From the NCBI RefSeq assembly GCF_004010195.1, contig NC_057752.1, forward strand, positions 13,181,969 through 13,229,837: a stretch of DNA of 47,869 nucleotides. The letters run 5' to 3'. Source of the stretch: Chiloscyllium plagiosum (taxonomy: Eukaryota). The notes under the pieces are model-generated. The model was not told where the DNA came from. It ran no database searches and saw only the letters and a program-made list of their open reading frames with translations. This document shows positions 12,425 to 22,544 of this stretch, piece by piece. The position numbers were made by a program, and so were the translations under genes. How positions within the stretch are numbered: the first letter of the stretch is position 1; the number at the start of each line of letters is the position of its first letter.

Positions 12425-12700
12425 GCAGACTTGTATTCATCTATTATCGTTCACAACCTCAGGACATAACAGGCACTTTTGAAGCCTATTGTTATTAATG
12501 ATTCAGGAATCAAGCACCAATTTGCACACCGCAAGGTCACACTAACAGCAGTTTCAGGATGAGTGGCCAATCTGTTTTAGGGCTTCGGGTAGAGCGATCA
12601 ATATTGGACAGGACGCCACTGCTCTTCTTTCAATAAGATGTGGAACCTAATGTCCACCTTAGAATCTTAGTTAAACATCTCCTCCAAAACACAGCACACA
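12425..12700 (-). mobile_element. Deu-domain SINE (SacSINE1/AmnSINE1-like) fragment
   Basis: Reverse complement resembles the Deu domain and tail (gaagagcag..gtcctgtccaatatt..ctgctgttagtgtgaccttgcggtgtgcaaattgg..gtcctgaggttgtgaa). Related to 13585-13965 and 42130-42400. Confidence 0.65.
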
Positions 12701-13286
12701 TCTGCCCATCTAATACTTTTCACCACCTCAGTACCTATATTCCCTCCGATTTTTCTTGCTGCTACACAGACCTCAGGAGTTCTGTATGCAGAACCAAAAG
12801 TCAATGTAGTCATACATCAATGGGCAGGTGGGGACAATGAACAGCTGCACAACCTTGCTCAGCACTGCACTGACACCAATGCTTCATACATCCACCAAGT
12901 CAGAATGTTCCTCAAACATGCATGTACTTAATACTCAAGCAGCCAAAACCAGCACTTCGGGCACTGTGTGCTGACGCTTGAGCAACATTTTCACTTAAAC
13001 TCCAGTCCATCTTCAGGGATATTTCTTTTAAACTGCATTCCTGTCTTGGACTTGCACTCTCTTTCCCTTTCCACACCTGTCTGGTTTGTATTTCCCTAGA
13101 TTAAACATCTGCCACTGTTTGATCCAATCCACTCGGAACATGATATAAACGGATATACTTATTTCCTATTACACATAGATTCTCTCAAGTACTCCTCTCA
13201 AACATGTACCAAACATTTCATACACAAGTGCACAGTTAGATTTTTTTTTATTTTGCAGCTCTGGGAGTGTCAAGAGTTATTAGGGA

Positions 13287-13317
<31 letters not shown>

Positions 13318-13584
13318 GGGGAGAGAAAGCGTGGTAAACAGATAAGAAAATGGAGTTGAAACCACAACCAGTTTAGCCATGATCTTATTGGATGGAGGAG
13401 TAGGCTTCAAGGACCTAAACAGTATTTCGGGGTAGGAGACGACGACATTCCAGCAGCCAATGCAGTCGCCATTTTGCGCACAGCAAAATCCCACAAACAG
13501 CAAATTAGAGAGTAAGAAATTTTAAAAATGGTCACGGTGAGGGGGGGGAATGGATGAGGAATCTGAAAAGCACCAGTGAAGGAA

Positions 13585-13965
13585 AAATATTTGCATTTAC
13601 ATAGCGCAACGACATCCCAAAGCACTTCATGTCAAACGAAGTATCGTTGAAAGTTATTACTAAGTTAACATCGGAAATGTGTCACCCAATTCACATACAA
13701 CAAGCTCCCACAAACAGCAATATGCTGGCATGACACAAAGGAATACATACTGGCCAGGACACAGGAAACCCTCTCCTCAAATAGCTTTTACATCCATCTT
13801 TGGAATGGATACGGTTGAATCTTTCATCTGAAAGACAGCCTCCTCAGACAGTGCAGTATTCCCTCAGTACTGCCCTGGAGTGATTTTTATGCAGAAGTCC
13901 TGGAGTAGGACCTGACCCCACAACATTTGGACTCAGAAATAAAAAGGGCTAATCCATGAACCACG
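13585..13965 (-). mobile_element. Deu-domain SINE, most complete copy (tRNA-like head, Deu core, tail)
   Basis: Reverse complement: gtactgagggaatactgcactgtctgaggaggctgtctttcagatgaaagattcaaccg..ggatgtaaaag..tgtcctggcca..ttgctgtttgtgggagcttg..gtgctttgggatgtc..cgctatgtaaatgcaa. Confidence 0.7.
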
Positions 13966-14171
13966 AGACAACAAACCACAGTTTCAAGTCAGCCAAAGCC
14001 AAACACAGTTAGCAACACAATGCTCAATACAGAAAGATCCATTTGAAGGATAGTGTTGAAATAGCCAAGATGAGAAGTTACCAAAGGTTACAAATTTGCC
14101 AGCCTTAATCTCACTTGTCCAAGCATGTTGAATAAGTATCTCAAACACAGGCAGAGAAAGACATCCACCAC

Positions 14172-14313
14172 CTCTGTAACCCCATCTTTAATGGTGCTTA
14201 CCATAGGACTCGAAGGCAGGCTAGTGCGAAGAACTGGTGATAACTTTCTCTCGGATAAATGCTTGTGGATTGGTATCCTGTGCAGGTATCCATAGCCAAT
14301 GCCACAGCCCAGA
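14172..14313 (-). CDS. GORASP2: GORASP2-like coding exon 6 (end of GRASP domain, start of Ser/Pro-rich tail), 142 bp, phase 2-0
   Basis: (S)LGCGIGYGYLHRIPIHKHLSERKLSPVLRTSLPSSPMVSTIKDGVTE; IKDGVTE parallels GORASP2 LKDGFTE. Acceptor ccttttctcttccag, donor gtggtg; an alternative donor GTAAGC lies 30 nt inside the exon. Not in the supplied ORF track. Confidence 0.9.
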
Positions 14314-14699
14314 CTGGAAGAGAAAAGGAATGAGAAATATTTAACCTATATGCCTCATCAGTTTGCAAACACAAGATCACATCAAAGTAATGAAAATTGC
14401 TCATCACAGGGATTCCAAAAACAAAAACAAACTTACTTTCTTGGGTTTAATTAAACAAAGGGACTTCAGTACCAAGGCAAAGTGGAATGCTTCCATGCTT
14501 TGGATCTATGCACCCAGTGTCAAGCATCCTCAAAAGATTCAGAACACAGCTTTCTTTATTCACATTTGTGACTAGGACTAAACAGTGGATGCTTTTGTGC
14601 TGTCAATCTGTGATAAGCTAGATTGAAAGAATTAATTTGACACACTAGTGAAACACTTCCAACTCCAACCAAGATGAACATTCATTTACCACTGAGGCT

Positions 14700-15430
14700 G
14701 CCCATTTCCAATGGTGACACTGTCTAGGATCCACCCATCTTAACTGATCTGCTGCTGAAACCCTCATTCATCACATTAGCTCTGACTATTGCAACACATT
14801 CCTCATTGCTCTCTCACATTCTGCCCTCTGCAAACTGAAATGGACCTGTACTCAACAGTCTACTATCTTCTGTCTGTTAATCAATTCTCATTTGCTCATC
14901 CCATGTGCTCCTCCATGCACACGCCTCTTGCTCCACTCTCACCTATCTAGTCCTTTCATTATTTGAAAGGTGTAAAGATAAGCCCAACAAATCCATAACT
15001 GTGTTGCCAGTGTCTTTAATAACAAAATCCCATTCCGATCAGCTGTCCTCGCTGCTTTACACTGGCTTCTAGTCAAGCAGCATCCTGACTTTCCATTCCT
15101 CAGTGGGCCCAATTCTTTCTAATCTCATATCTTCCCCAGCCGCGCAAGCCTCAAGATATCTACACTCCTAACTCGAGACTCAGGCATCTCTGATTTTAAC
15201 TCCCTCACATTGATGGCTTTGTGTGGGACACAAGCTCTGAAATCTCTTCCTATTTCAACTCCTTTTCAACTCTCTTTCCTCCTTTAAAGATGTTCACTAA
15301 AAACCTAGGTTTTTGACTCAGCTTTTGTTCATCTGATCCAACATCTCACAGAGCTCAATATACATTATACATGATAATATTCCTGAGATGGTGCTTGGGA
15401 CAAATTAGGTTAAAGATGTTTCAAGTTGCT
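14700..15430 (+). mobile_element. Old L2-clade LINE 3' fragment, interrupted by a 155-bp insertion
   Basis: gactattgcaac (DYCN) and ttacactggcttctagtcaag (LHWLxV) remnants typical of the L2 ORF2 end. Boundaries approximate. Confidence 0.55.
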
Positions 15431-15824
15431 ATTGCCCAGACTCTATGACTTTGAGCATCTCTACAAACAGCCCCAGCTTCTCCAATCTATCCACGGAACT
15501 GAATTTGCTCACCCTCGATTCGCTTTCATGAATCTTAACCTCAAATTTGCCTTCAACAGATCCACGCTGCTTTGTCTTCAATTAAAGCACATGTTCAAGT
15601 GAATGTTAATTTTGTCCCAAATTATTGTTTCTAAAACTTCCCTCACCAGACACTAAACCGATTGGCCGAATTTGTTGGGCTTATCTTTACACCTTTCAAA
15701 TAATGAAAGGACTAGATAGGGGAGGGTGGAGCAAGAGGAGTGTGCATGGAGGAGCACATGGGATGAGGAAATGAGAATTGATTAACAGGCAGAAGACAGT
15801 AGGTTGTTGAGTACAGGTCCATTT
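14838..15824. repeat. Inverted repeat with ~155-bp arms (14838-14992 and 15670-15824)
   Basis: aaatggacctgtactcaaca...gataagcccaacaaat versus atttgttgggcttatc...tgttgagtacaggtccattt, with scattered mismatches. Confidence 0.92.
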
Positions 15825-16133
15825 AAGGATAAACCAAGACATCTTCAGTGTTACCAGAAATCATACGTGTTTACTAGAGTCCAGGTCCACGCCCCACCTG
15901 CTCTAGAGGTGTATAATAAACATCTCTGAACAGGCAGATTAAGGAAAAACAAACACAAAATTGATTAAATTTTTAGACAAGTCCCATCTGCTCTCAGGGG
16001 GTGGGGGAGGGGTAATAAAATTTCCATTGTGTGGGGTAATATTCTGGATCAAAAGGTCTCACCCACTCCAGAGTTGTCTCATGACATGGCTGAACAGGTT
16101 AAATGACAAAAAAATTTAACAAGCTACCTGCTT

Positions 16134-16225
16134 GGGGTCTCTTGTGGCACAGTAGGCATGACCATACTTCTGAGCTAGAAGGCCTGGGTTCAAATCCCAA
16201 CTGCTCCACTGAACAGGTTAGTTAA
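16134..16225 (+). mobile_element. Short (~110 bp) tRNA-like SINE, second family
   Basis: ggtctcttgtggcacagtagg..ctgagctagaaggcctgggttcaaatccca..ctgctcca..tgaacagg. Other copies at ~15850-15942, 20097-20203 and 33155-33262. Confidence 0.65.
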
Positions 16226-16715
16226 TATCTAGGAGCTTAGTACTTGGTTGAGTGATTGATTTCTTGGTGGGTTTCCCAAAACCAGAAATCCTATTTGTGG
16301 GACCAATGAGCACGCTCCCCTCTTGCACTACAAATGTTGGTTTTTCCCTTGGAATTGGTATTCTTGCAAATTGTCCTGATAAACATACAATGAAAAGCTT
16401 CAACAAAATGCCTCATTTTGTCAATACAAAAAAATTAGCTGTTGAAACAAAAAAAAAAACGAAGCTTAATGAAGTGACCTTCATTTTGCCAAACTTACAT
16501 AACCAGACTGATACCGCCAATAAATCAAACAGGCAGATCCAAAGGAAGCTCAAACAAACCTGGTTTAACATTCTGCCGAACACATTTTAACAGAACGCGT
16601 CGTTTGGTGCACTCGAATTCTCTGCCGGATTGGGTAAGATTCTTCTGGAAGGTATTTGAACTGACAAATTACACTAGCAGTTTAAAAAAAAAAGGTAAAT
16701 CCGACCCGGTCGTAC

Positions 16716-16846
16716 CTGCCCTCTCCACCCCATGCACTGTTAGGCGTGATAATCACCTCCCTACAATTGTCTGTCTCAGTGTTGTACACATAGATCTTTA
16801 GTGGTTTTCCATTGTGGGATTCAATCAAGGAGAACAAGTCTTCAGA
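16716..16846 (-). CDS. GORASP2: GORASP2-like coding exon 5, 131 bp, phase 0-2
   Basis: [43 protein letters not shown] plus AG. Acceptor tctttctgttgcag, donor gtacga. Confidence 0.96.
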
Positions 16847-17558
16847 CTGCAACAGAAAGAAAAACCTGGGTAAGTCTGTGCTCTGGTTTGCTCCCTCCCA
16901 GATTTGTTTACTGACAAAGTCGAGCTTTTCCTCTTCATCCCTAACCCATTCACACTCCAAAAAGTAAAGACTCCGTTTTGGTGAGAATTGTCCACTAATT
17001 GTTTCACAGTATATTTTTTAAACAAAATAGCAGATTCTGGTGATAGCTTGGCTACCAGAGTATTACATGGCAATTGCCAAACCAAGCATACTTTAGGCAG
17101 CACAGATAAGTCAAGAGAGAACAAAACAGATACTTATGACAATGCAAGAGATTGCAGTGGTTGGGCTGGAAAGAGGGGTCTTATCATTTCAGTTAATCCA
17201 TAATAATAAACAAATGCAAATATAAATAATGAGCGCAGTAACGGAAAGGAGAATGAAGAGAGAGGCAGATAAAAGACAAAACGGAGACCACAGGTTAATA
17301 GAGCACTAGTCTGCATCTCCTGTCCCTGCTAGGTTACAATATTGTACATCAGATGTGCAAAATAAGGACTTGTGCAAGACGTGCAGTTTTCAGAATAAGT
17401 GCATTGAAATATATAAAGTCATTGCAAAAAGGTACAGTACATGTACCTCACAAAGTAAAACCCACTGCCCTCAAATACTACAGGGTTGCCTCCAAAATCA
17501 GAGTACCACAACGCTCTGTGCACAAAACCATTTAGGGAATTTCGGTCAGCTAGAGATA

Positions 17559-17658
17559 TTGCCTCATTCCTGATAAAGGGCTCTTGCCCAAAACGTCAAT
17601 TCTCCTGCTTCTTGGATGCTGCCTGACCTGCTGTGCTTTTCCAGCACCACACTCCCGA
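17559..17658 (+). mobile_element. Short PLE-end insert with decayed hammerhead
   Basis: CTGATAA-agggc-tctt-gccc-AAAAC-GTC; TSD ctagagata at 17550-17558 and 17659-17667. Confidence 0.8.
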
Positions 17659-17787
17659 CTAGAGATAGGACCTCTGTCCATTAGGCCATTAAATAACAGC
17701 AAGAACAAGCATTTCACATCGTGTGCCTCCGTGAGGATCAAAAGTGCACCAAACAACTAATTTGCAAATGAGAGTCTTTCCATAGTT

Positions 17788-17913
17788 CCTGAGGAAGGGC
17801 TTATGCCCGAAACATCAATTCTCCTGCTCCTCGGATGCTGCCTGACCTGCTGTGCTTTTCCAGCACCACACTCTCTACTCTGATCGCCAGCAGCTGCAGT
17901 CCTCACTTTCTCC
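17788..17913 (+). mobile_element. Short PLE-end insert beginning at the hammerhead core
   Basis: cCTGAGGA-agggc-ttat-gccc-GAAAC-ATC...ctgcagtcctcactttctcc; 13-bp TSD tctttccatagtt at 17775-17787 and 17914-17926. Confidence 0.88.
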
Positions 17914-17956
17914 TCTTTCCATAGTTTGCCTGGCAGTGTCTTTGGAGAGCAGAAGA

Positions 17957-18283
17957 GGTGGCACAGTGGTTAGCACTGCTGCCTCATAGCGCCAGGGACC
18001 CTGATTAGATTCCAGCCTGGGGGGACCACCTGCGTGGAGTTTGCATGTAATCCCCGTGTCTGCGTGGGTTTCCTCCCACAGTCCAAAGATGGGCAGGTTA
18101 GGCGAATTGGCCAAGCTAAAAATTGCCCACAATGCTCAGGGATGTGTAGGTTAGGTGCATTAGTTAGGGGTAAGTGTAGAGTAATAGGGTAGGGGAATGG
18201 GTCTGCGTGGGATACTCGGAGGGTCGGTGTTGACTTGTTGGGCCAAATTGCCTGTTTCCACACTGTAGGGATTCTATGATTCA
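17957..18283 (+). mobile_element. V-SINE (HE1-like)
   Basis: gtggcacagtggttagcactgctgcctca..gggtttcctcccacagtccaaagatg..cctgtttccacactgtagggattctatgattc. Confidence 0.9.
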
Positions 18284-19279
18284 TTAGAATCCATCTCTGC
18301 AGAACAGCACAGATGTTGTCACACCTGTTGAATATTCCCAGCATTTTCTGTTCAAAGTAATTTGTGGGAACGTCAAGACAGCCATCAAAGTGGCCATCCG
18401 TGCATGAGCAAAGGGTCCTGGTGACGTCAGCTACTGGTAATGGATGTCCCTAAGCCAGAATGCATCTGCATGTCAACTTCATGCATTCTGTGCATAATAA
18501 TGTCACTGTCTGTGCATGTGCAAATGCAGAAGACCAAATTTCCGCATACCTAGAGGAGCCAGAGACTAAGAATCCAGGAGTAGGGGCAAGAACTGGTAAA
18601 GTAGCCACGATGGGGAAATGCCGGTGCTGGACTGGGGTGGACAAAGTCAGGAGTCACAACACCAGGTGATAGTCCAACAGGTTTATTTGAAATCAGAAGC
18701 TTTTGGAGCGCTGCTCAGTCTAACAGGTGAAGTCACTTCACCTGTTAGACTATGTCTGGTGTCAAGTGACTTGTGGTAAAGTAGCAGCAGCCATTGAGCA
18801 GTGCAGCCAGGCAGTTCCTCATGGCAAGCAGGAGATAGACAAAGGCTCCCAGGCTGAATTTAGACTGAACAGCAAAGACTATGCCCCAGCCTGGCACTTA
18901 GCAGCCACCAAATGCTCAAGGGCTGGCTCAATCTACTATCCCTGCAGCTGGAAAGCAGTGGCATTCTTGCCACTTTGCAGTGATGGTATACTGCCTGCTG
19001 GAGCAGCCTACACCTTTTGTGCTCCTTGTGCCACCTCGAAGAGGCACTCCTATGATATGCATGTTTTCTGTTTTTATTTTAGACTTCCAGTATCTACAGA
19101 CTTTTGCATCTTCCACAATTTATTGCTCTGACAACTTTGGCTTCAGAAGGAACATATTTTCTGCAGTCTACGTGCTTATAGATACGGAATCCCAACCTCA
19201 AAAAGGTTAATGGATTGTTGGTTTACACACACAAATCCAATAGCTTCTCTGAAAGGAAAAGGAAACATTGTGCAGCTAC

Positions 19280-19366
19280 CTCACGGAGGATTGCTTCAGC
19301 TCCAATTATGTAGTCTGTGTATGGTCTCAAGCCAGCCAGTGCAGCAGGGGAATTGAGCTCCACTTC
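19280..19366 (-). CDS. GORASP2: GORASP2-like coding exon 4 (PDZ2), 87 bp, phase 0-0
   Basis: [29 protein letters not shown]. Acceptor ttttttcccccag, donor gtagct. Confidence 0.94.
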
Positions 19367-19792
19367 CTGGGGGAAAAAAAAACCATATTGTTGAAACACA
19401 AACAACAAATAAACATACTCCTAAAGACAGGCAAAGCAAGTCACTCTTACAAACCCTCACCCAAGTGAGCAAAGTATCACAAGAGAGCTCATGCTTGTGC
19501 TTTGAAAAATTGTTCCCACTTGGTAAATTTGGCACACAATCAGCCAGCTATTTAAGAGGCAAAGCATTACAACGCACACACACAGGTATCCTAACTGATA
19601 TTTCCCCTCCCCATTCCAATGTCTAATTGGATCACTTGAACCTCTAGCCTGGCTGAGTTCTGCCGAGATCAGGTATTAAACTTGGTATCAAGCAGTCTGT
19701 ACGGTTCAGTGCAAGATGTCATTTTGAGAAAAAAAAAAGGGAATTGATTCAATTTTTATAAGTTTTAGACAGATTACAAGTCACCTCAAAGT

Positions 19793-20659
19793 GGGATTAC
19801 CCAGTCAGTCAGTCATAATACTCAGGAGTTTGATCAACCACTCAGATGAATGGAGGATTAATGTCAATTCCAAGCAGAAACATGCAGTCACTATCATTAT
19901 TCAGACAAATGTCATTATCCTCAAAGTGATAACTAGAATATTGTGTTACATAAACACACCTTATTTAAAAACAGACACACTTTACTGTTAGACAGTAAGT
20001 CAAGAGTGCGGTGCTGGAAAAGCACCACACACTCAGCTCTGATCTCCAGCATCTGCAGTCCTCACTTTCCCGTTAGACAATAAGACCAAGATTGTAGGGG
20101 CTCTTGTGGTGCAGTAGTAGTGTCCCTACGTCTGAACCAGGAGGCCTGGGTTCAAGCCCCACCTGCTCCAAAAAGGTGTGAGATAACATATCTGACCAGG
20201 GCGAATATTCTATTCATCACTTTGATAATGACGACAACGACAACAACATGTCGGAATAATGATAGTGACTGCATGTTTCTGCTTGGAATTGACAGCACGT
20301 GGCACAGTGGTTAGCACTGCTGCCTCACAGCACCAGAGACCCGGGTTCAATTCCCGCCTCAGGTGACTGGCTGTGTGGAGTTTACACATTCTCCCAGTGT
20401 CTGCGTGGGTTTCCTCCGGGTGCTCCGGTTTCCTCCCACAGTCCAAAAATGTGCAGGTTAGGTGAATTGGCCATGCTAAATTGCCCGTAGTGTATGGGGT
20501 AGGGGTAAATGTAGGGGAATGGGTCTGGGTGGGTTGCGCTTAGTTAGGTCGGTGTGGACTGGTTAGGCCGAAGGGCCAGTTTCCACACTAAGTAATCTAA
20601 TCTAATCCTCCATTCATCTGAGTGGTGGATCAAATTCCTTAGTAATATGAGTGGGTAAT
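19793..20659. repeat. Inverted repeat with ~150-bp arms (19793-19942 versus 20204-20294 plus 20603-20659); right arm split by a SINE
   Basis: ccactcagatgaatggaggatta|a|tgtcaattccaagcagaaacatgcagtcactatcattatt is reverse-complementary to the sequence on both sides of the SINE at 20295-20602. Confidence 0.9.
20295..20602 (+). mobile_element. V-SINE (HE1-like), near full length
   Basis: A/B boxes, V-domain gggtttcctccgggtgctccggtttcctcccacagtccaaa, and (ctaat)n tail. Confidence 0.92.
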
Positions 20660-20662
20660 GCC

Positions 20663-20818
20663 TGATTAGATTAGATTAGATTCCCTACAGTGTGGAAACA
20701 GGCCCTTCGGCCTAATCAGTCCACACCGACCCGCCGAAGAGTTACCCACCCAGACCCATTTCCCTCCGACTAATGCACCTAACACCATGGGCAATTTAGC
20801 ATGGCCAATTCACCTAAC
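20663..20818 (-). mobile_element. V-SINE 3' half
   Basis: (gatta)n tail, then ttccctacagtgtggaaacaggcccttcggcc...gggcaatttagcatggccaattcacctaac. Confidence 0.88.
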
Positions 20819-20902
20819 CTGATGAAGGGCTTTTGCCCGAAACGTCGATTTTCCTGCTCCTTGGATGCTGCCTGACCTGCTGTGCTTTTCCAGCACCACA
20901 CA
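20818..20902 (+). mobile_element. PLE-end fragment with intact hammerhead core
   Basis: CTGATGA-agggc-tttt-gccc-GAAAC-GTC at 20819-20846, followed by the PLE tail. Confidence 0.85.
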
Positions 20903-22029
20903 ATATTTCTGAATAGGCTGATTAGGAAAATATCCAGAGACTAAGATTGCACTGCCTGAACAACAGTAAATCTTATGACTGTGAGACATTGTGTTATGAG
21001 ATATTGTTATAGGCTCTCTATTAACCCACTCATCAGCTCACTATAATAATTAATATCAGGTTCCCAATCATTCATAATCCTTTACTAACCCATTATTTAC
21101 TAAAACACCACTCATTCATAAAACCACAGTACTGTCATATCCAAATGTTAAAACAACTCCCTCAAATCCATTACTGCATTTCCACACCTTATTAGCCCTT
21201 GCTACAAGCAGTATTTACCTCTGAATGAGTGCAGCATTCAGAACAATACCATCCCCTCGGAGTCTCCATGAAACATAATATTAAATCAGCCCTTACCAAC
21301 CATCTCCTGAACCCGAATAGATTAAGTACTCGTTAAATACCTTTTAACTGGGCCACTATCCCTAAGTGTTTCCACGAAATTGCATGAATGAATGAAACTC
21401 ATACTAGCAAATCGTAAATAAATCTCACAACCCAGCTGTAGTAATCAGTTTAATATCCTTTATTAAGTATAGGCACAATTTTTAACTTATTTAGAGCATA
21501 TAGGCCTAGCATTTTAACTAATATTTACTAACTTAAAAGACAAAAGGACTAACACCTCCTAATTATGTAAGCAGACTGGACAGATGTCCCATCAGAAGGA
21601 ACAGCCAGCACTTAGGAGATGGGTTAAAACATGCGTTGTCTTCCAAGACAGAAGCCCTGTAAACCTTTGTGTACCAGAGATTTAAAACAAAGTAACACCA
21701 TAGTAATAAAATTTTAATATACATAAGTAGTTTGTATAAAGGGGCTCTTGTAAGAGCTGTATTTCAAGATTCTGTTGCTGCCTCAAACTTGTGCTGAGAT
21801 TGCTGAATAAAAGAGGCTATTTTTGCCACACACCGATTCCAGTCATTATTTGACAATGATACCAGATATTGCTGCTATTTACACACACAACTTATGTACC
21901 CTAAAGTTGCCGTCTGACTTGTGCTGTGCACTTGCACTACGGCCTTTGCAAAGAAATATTCTAGGCTTACTATTAAGCTACCACTGAAAGGCATAGAATC
22001 GGTCATAAAATTGCTGCATTTGCACAGTC

Positions 22030-22150
22030 GAAACAAAAGCAGAAATTGCTGGAGAAACTCACCAGATCTGGCAATATGCAGTCTATGCATCTCCATAGCT
22101 ACAGCCAGACCTGCTGAGTTTTGCCAGAAGTTTCTGCTTTTGTTTAAGAT
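22030..22150. mobile_element. Old fold-back PLE end (imperfect inverted arms, ~42 bp)
   Basis: aaacaaaagcagaaattgctggagaaactcaccagatctggc versus gccagacctgctgagttttgccagaagtttctgcttttgttt, continuing into cagcatctgcag. Confidence 0.7.
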
Positions 22151-22544
22151 CTTCAGCATCTGCAGTTCTATATTTTTCAGAATGTTTAGCCCCATCCATT
22201 CCAGCCCAAGTATATTTTACAGCATGGTAACGTGTTAATTGACAGTGAAAGTTAACATCTCCTTCCTTGCATAATTTGACACAGAACTCACCCACACTAA
22301 TTTACATAGCTTTCTCACTCCCTGCACTATTAATTTCACGATCTGTCAGTCTGCTCAGTTAAGGAATTGTGCAGTCGCTCACCCTGTTCAGTCAGGTCCA
22401 GGATACCCTGACGTCCCCTGCTGTGATGTTCATCAGTTCACACTTTCAACAACTTGCCATGCAAAAAAAAAATTAAAAACCTAACAATGCAAAGATAACT
22501 GTAACTGATAGTAAAATGTCAAGCCACTCCAAATGCAAGTGAGT

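Noticed and set aside
13299..13321. Poly-G runs (also ~33146-33157 and ~38289-38311) as functional G-quadruplexes
   Set aside because: Simple homopolymers in or near repeats with unreliable length; no evidence of function.
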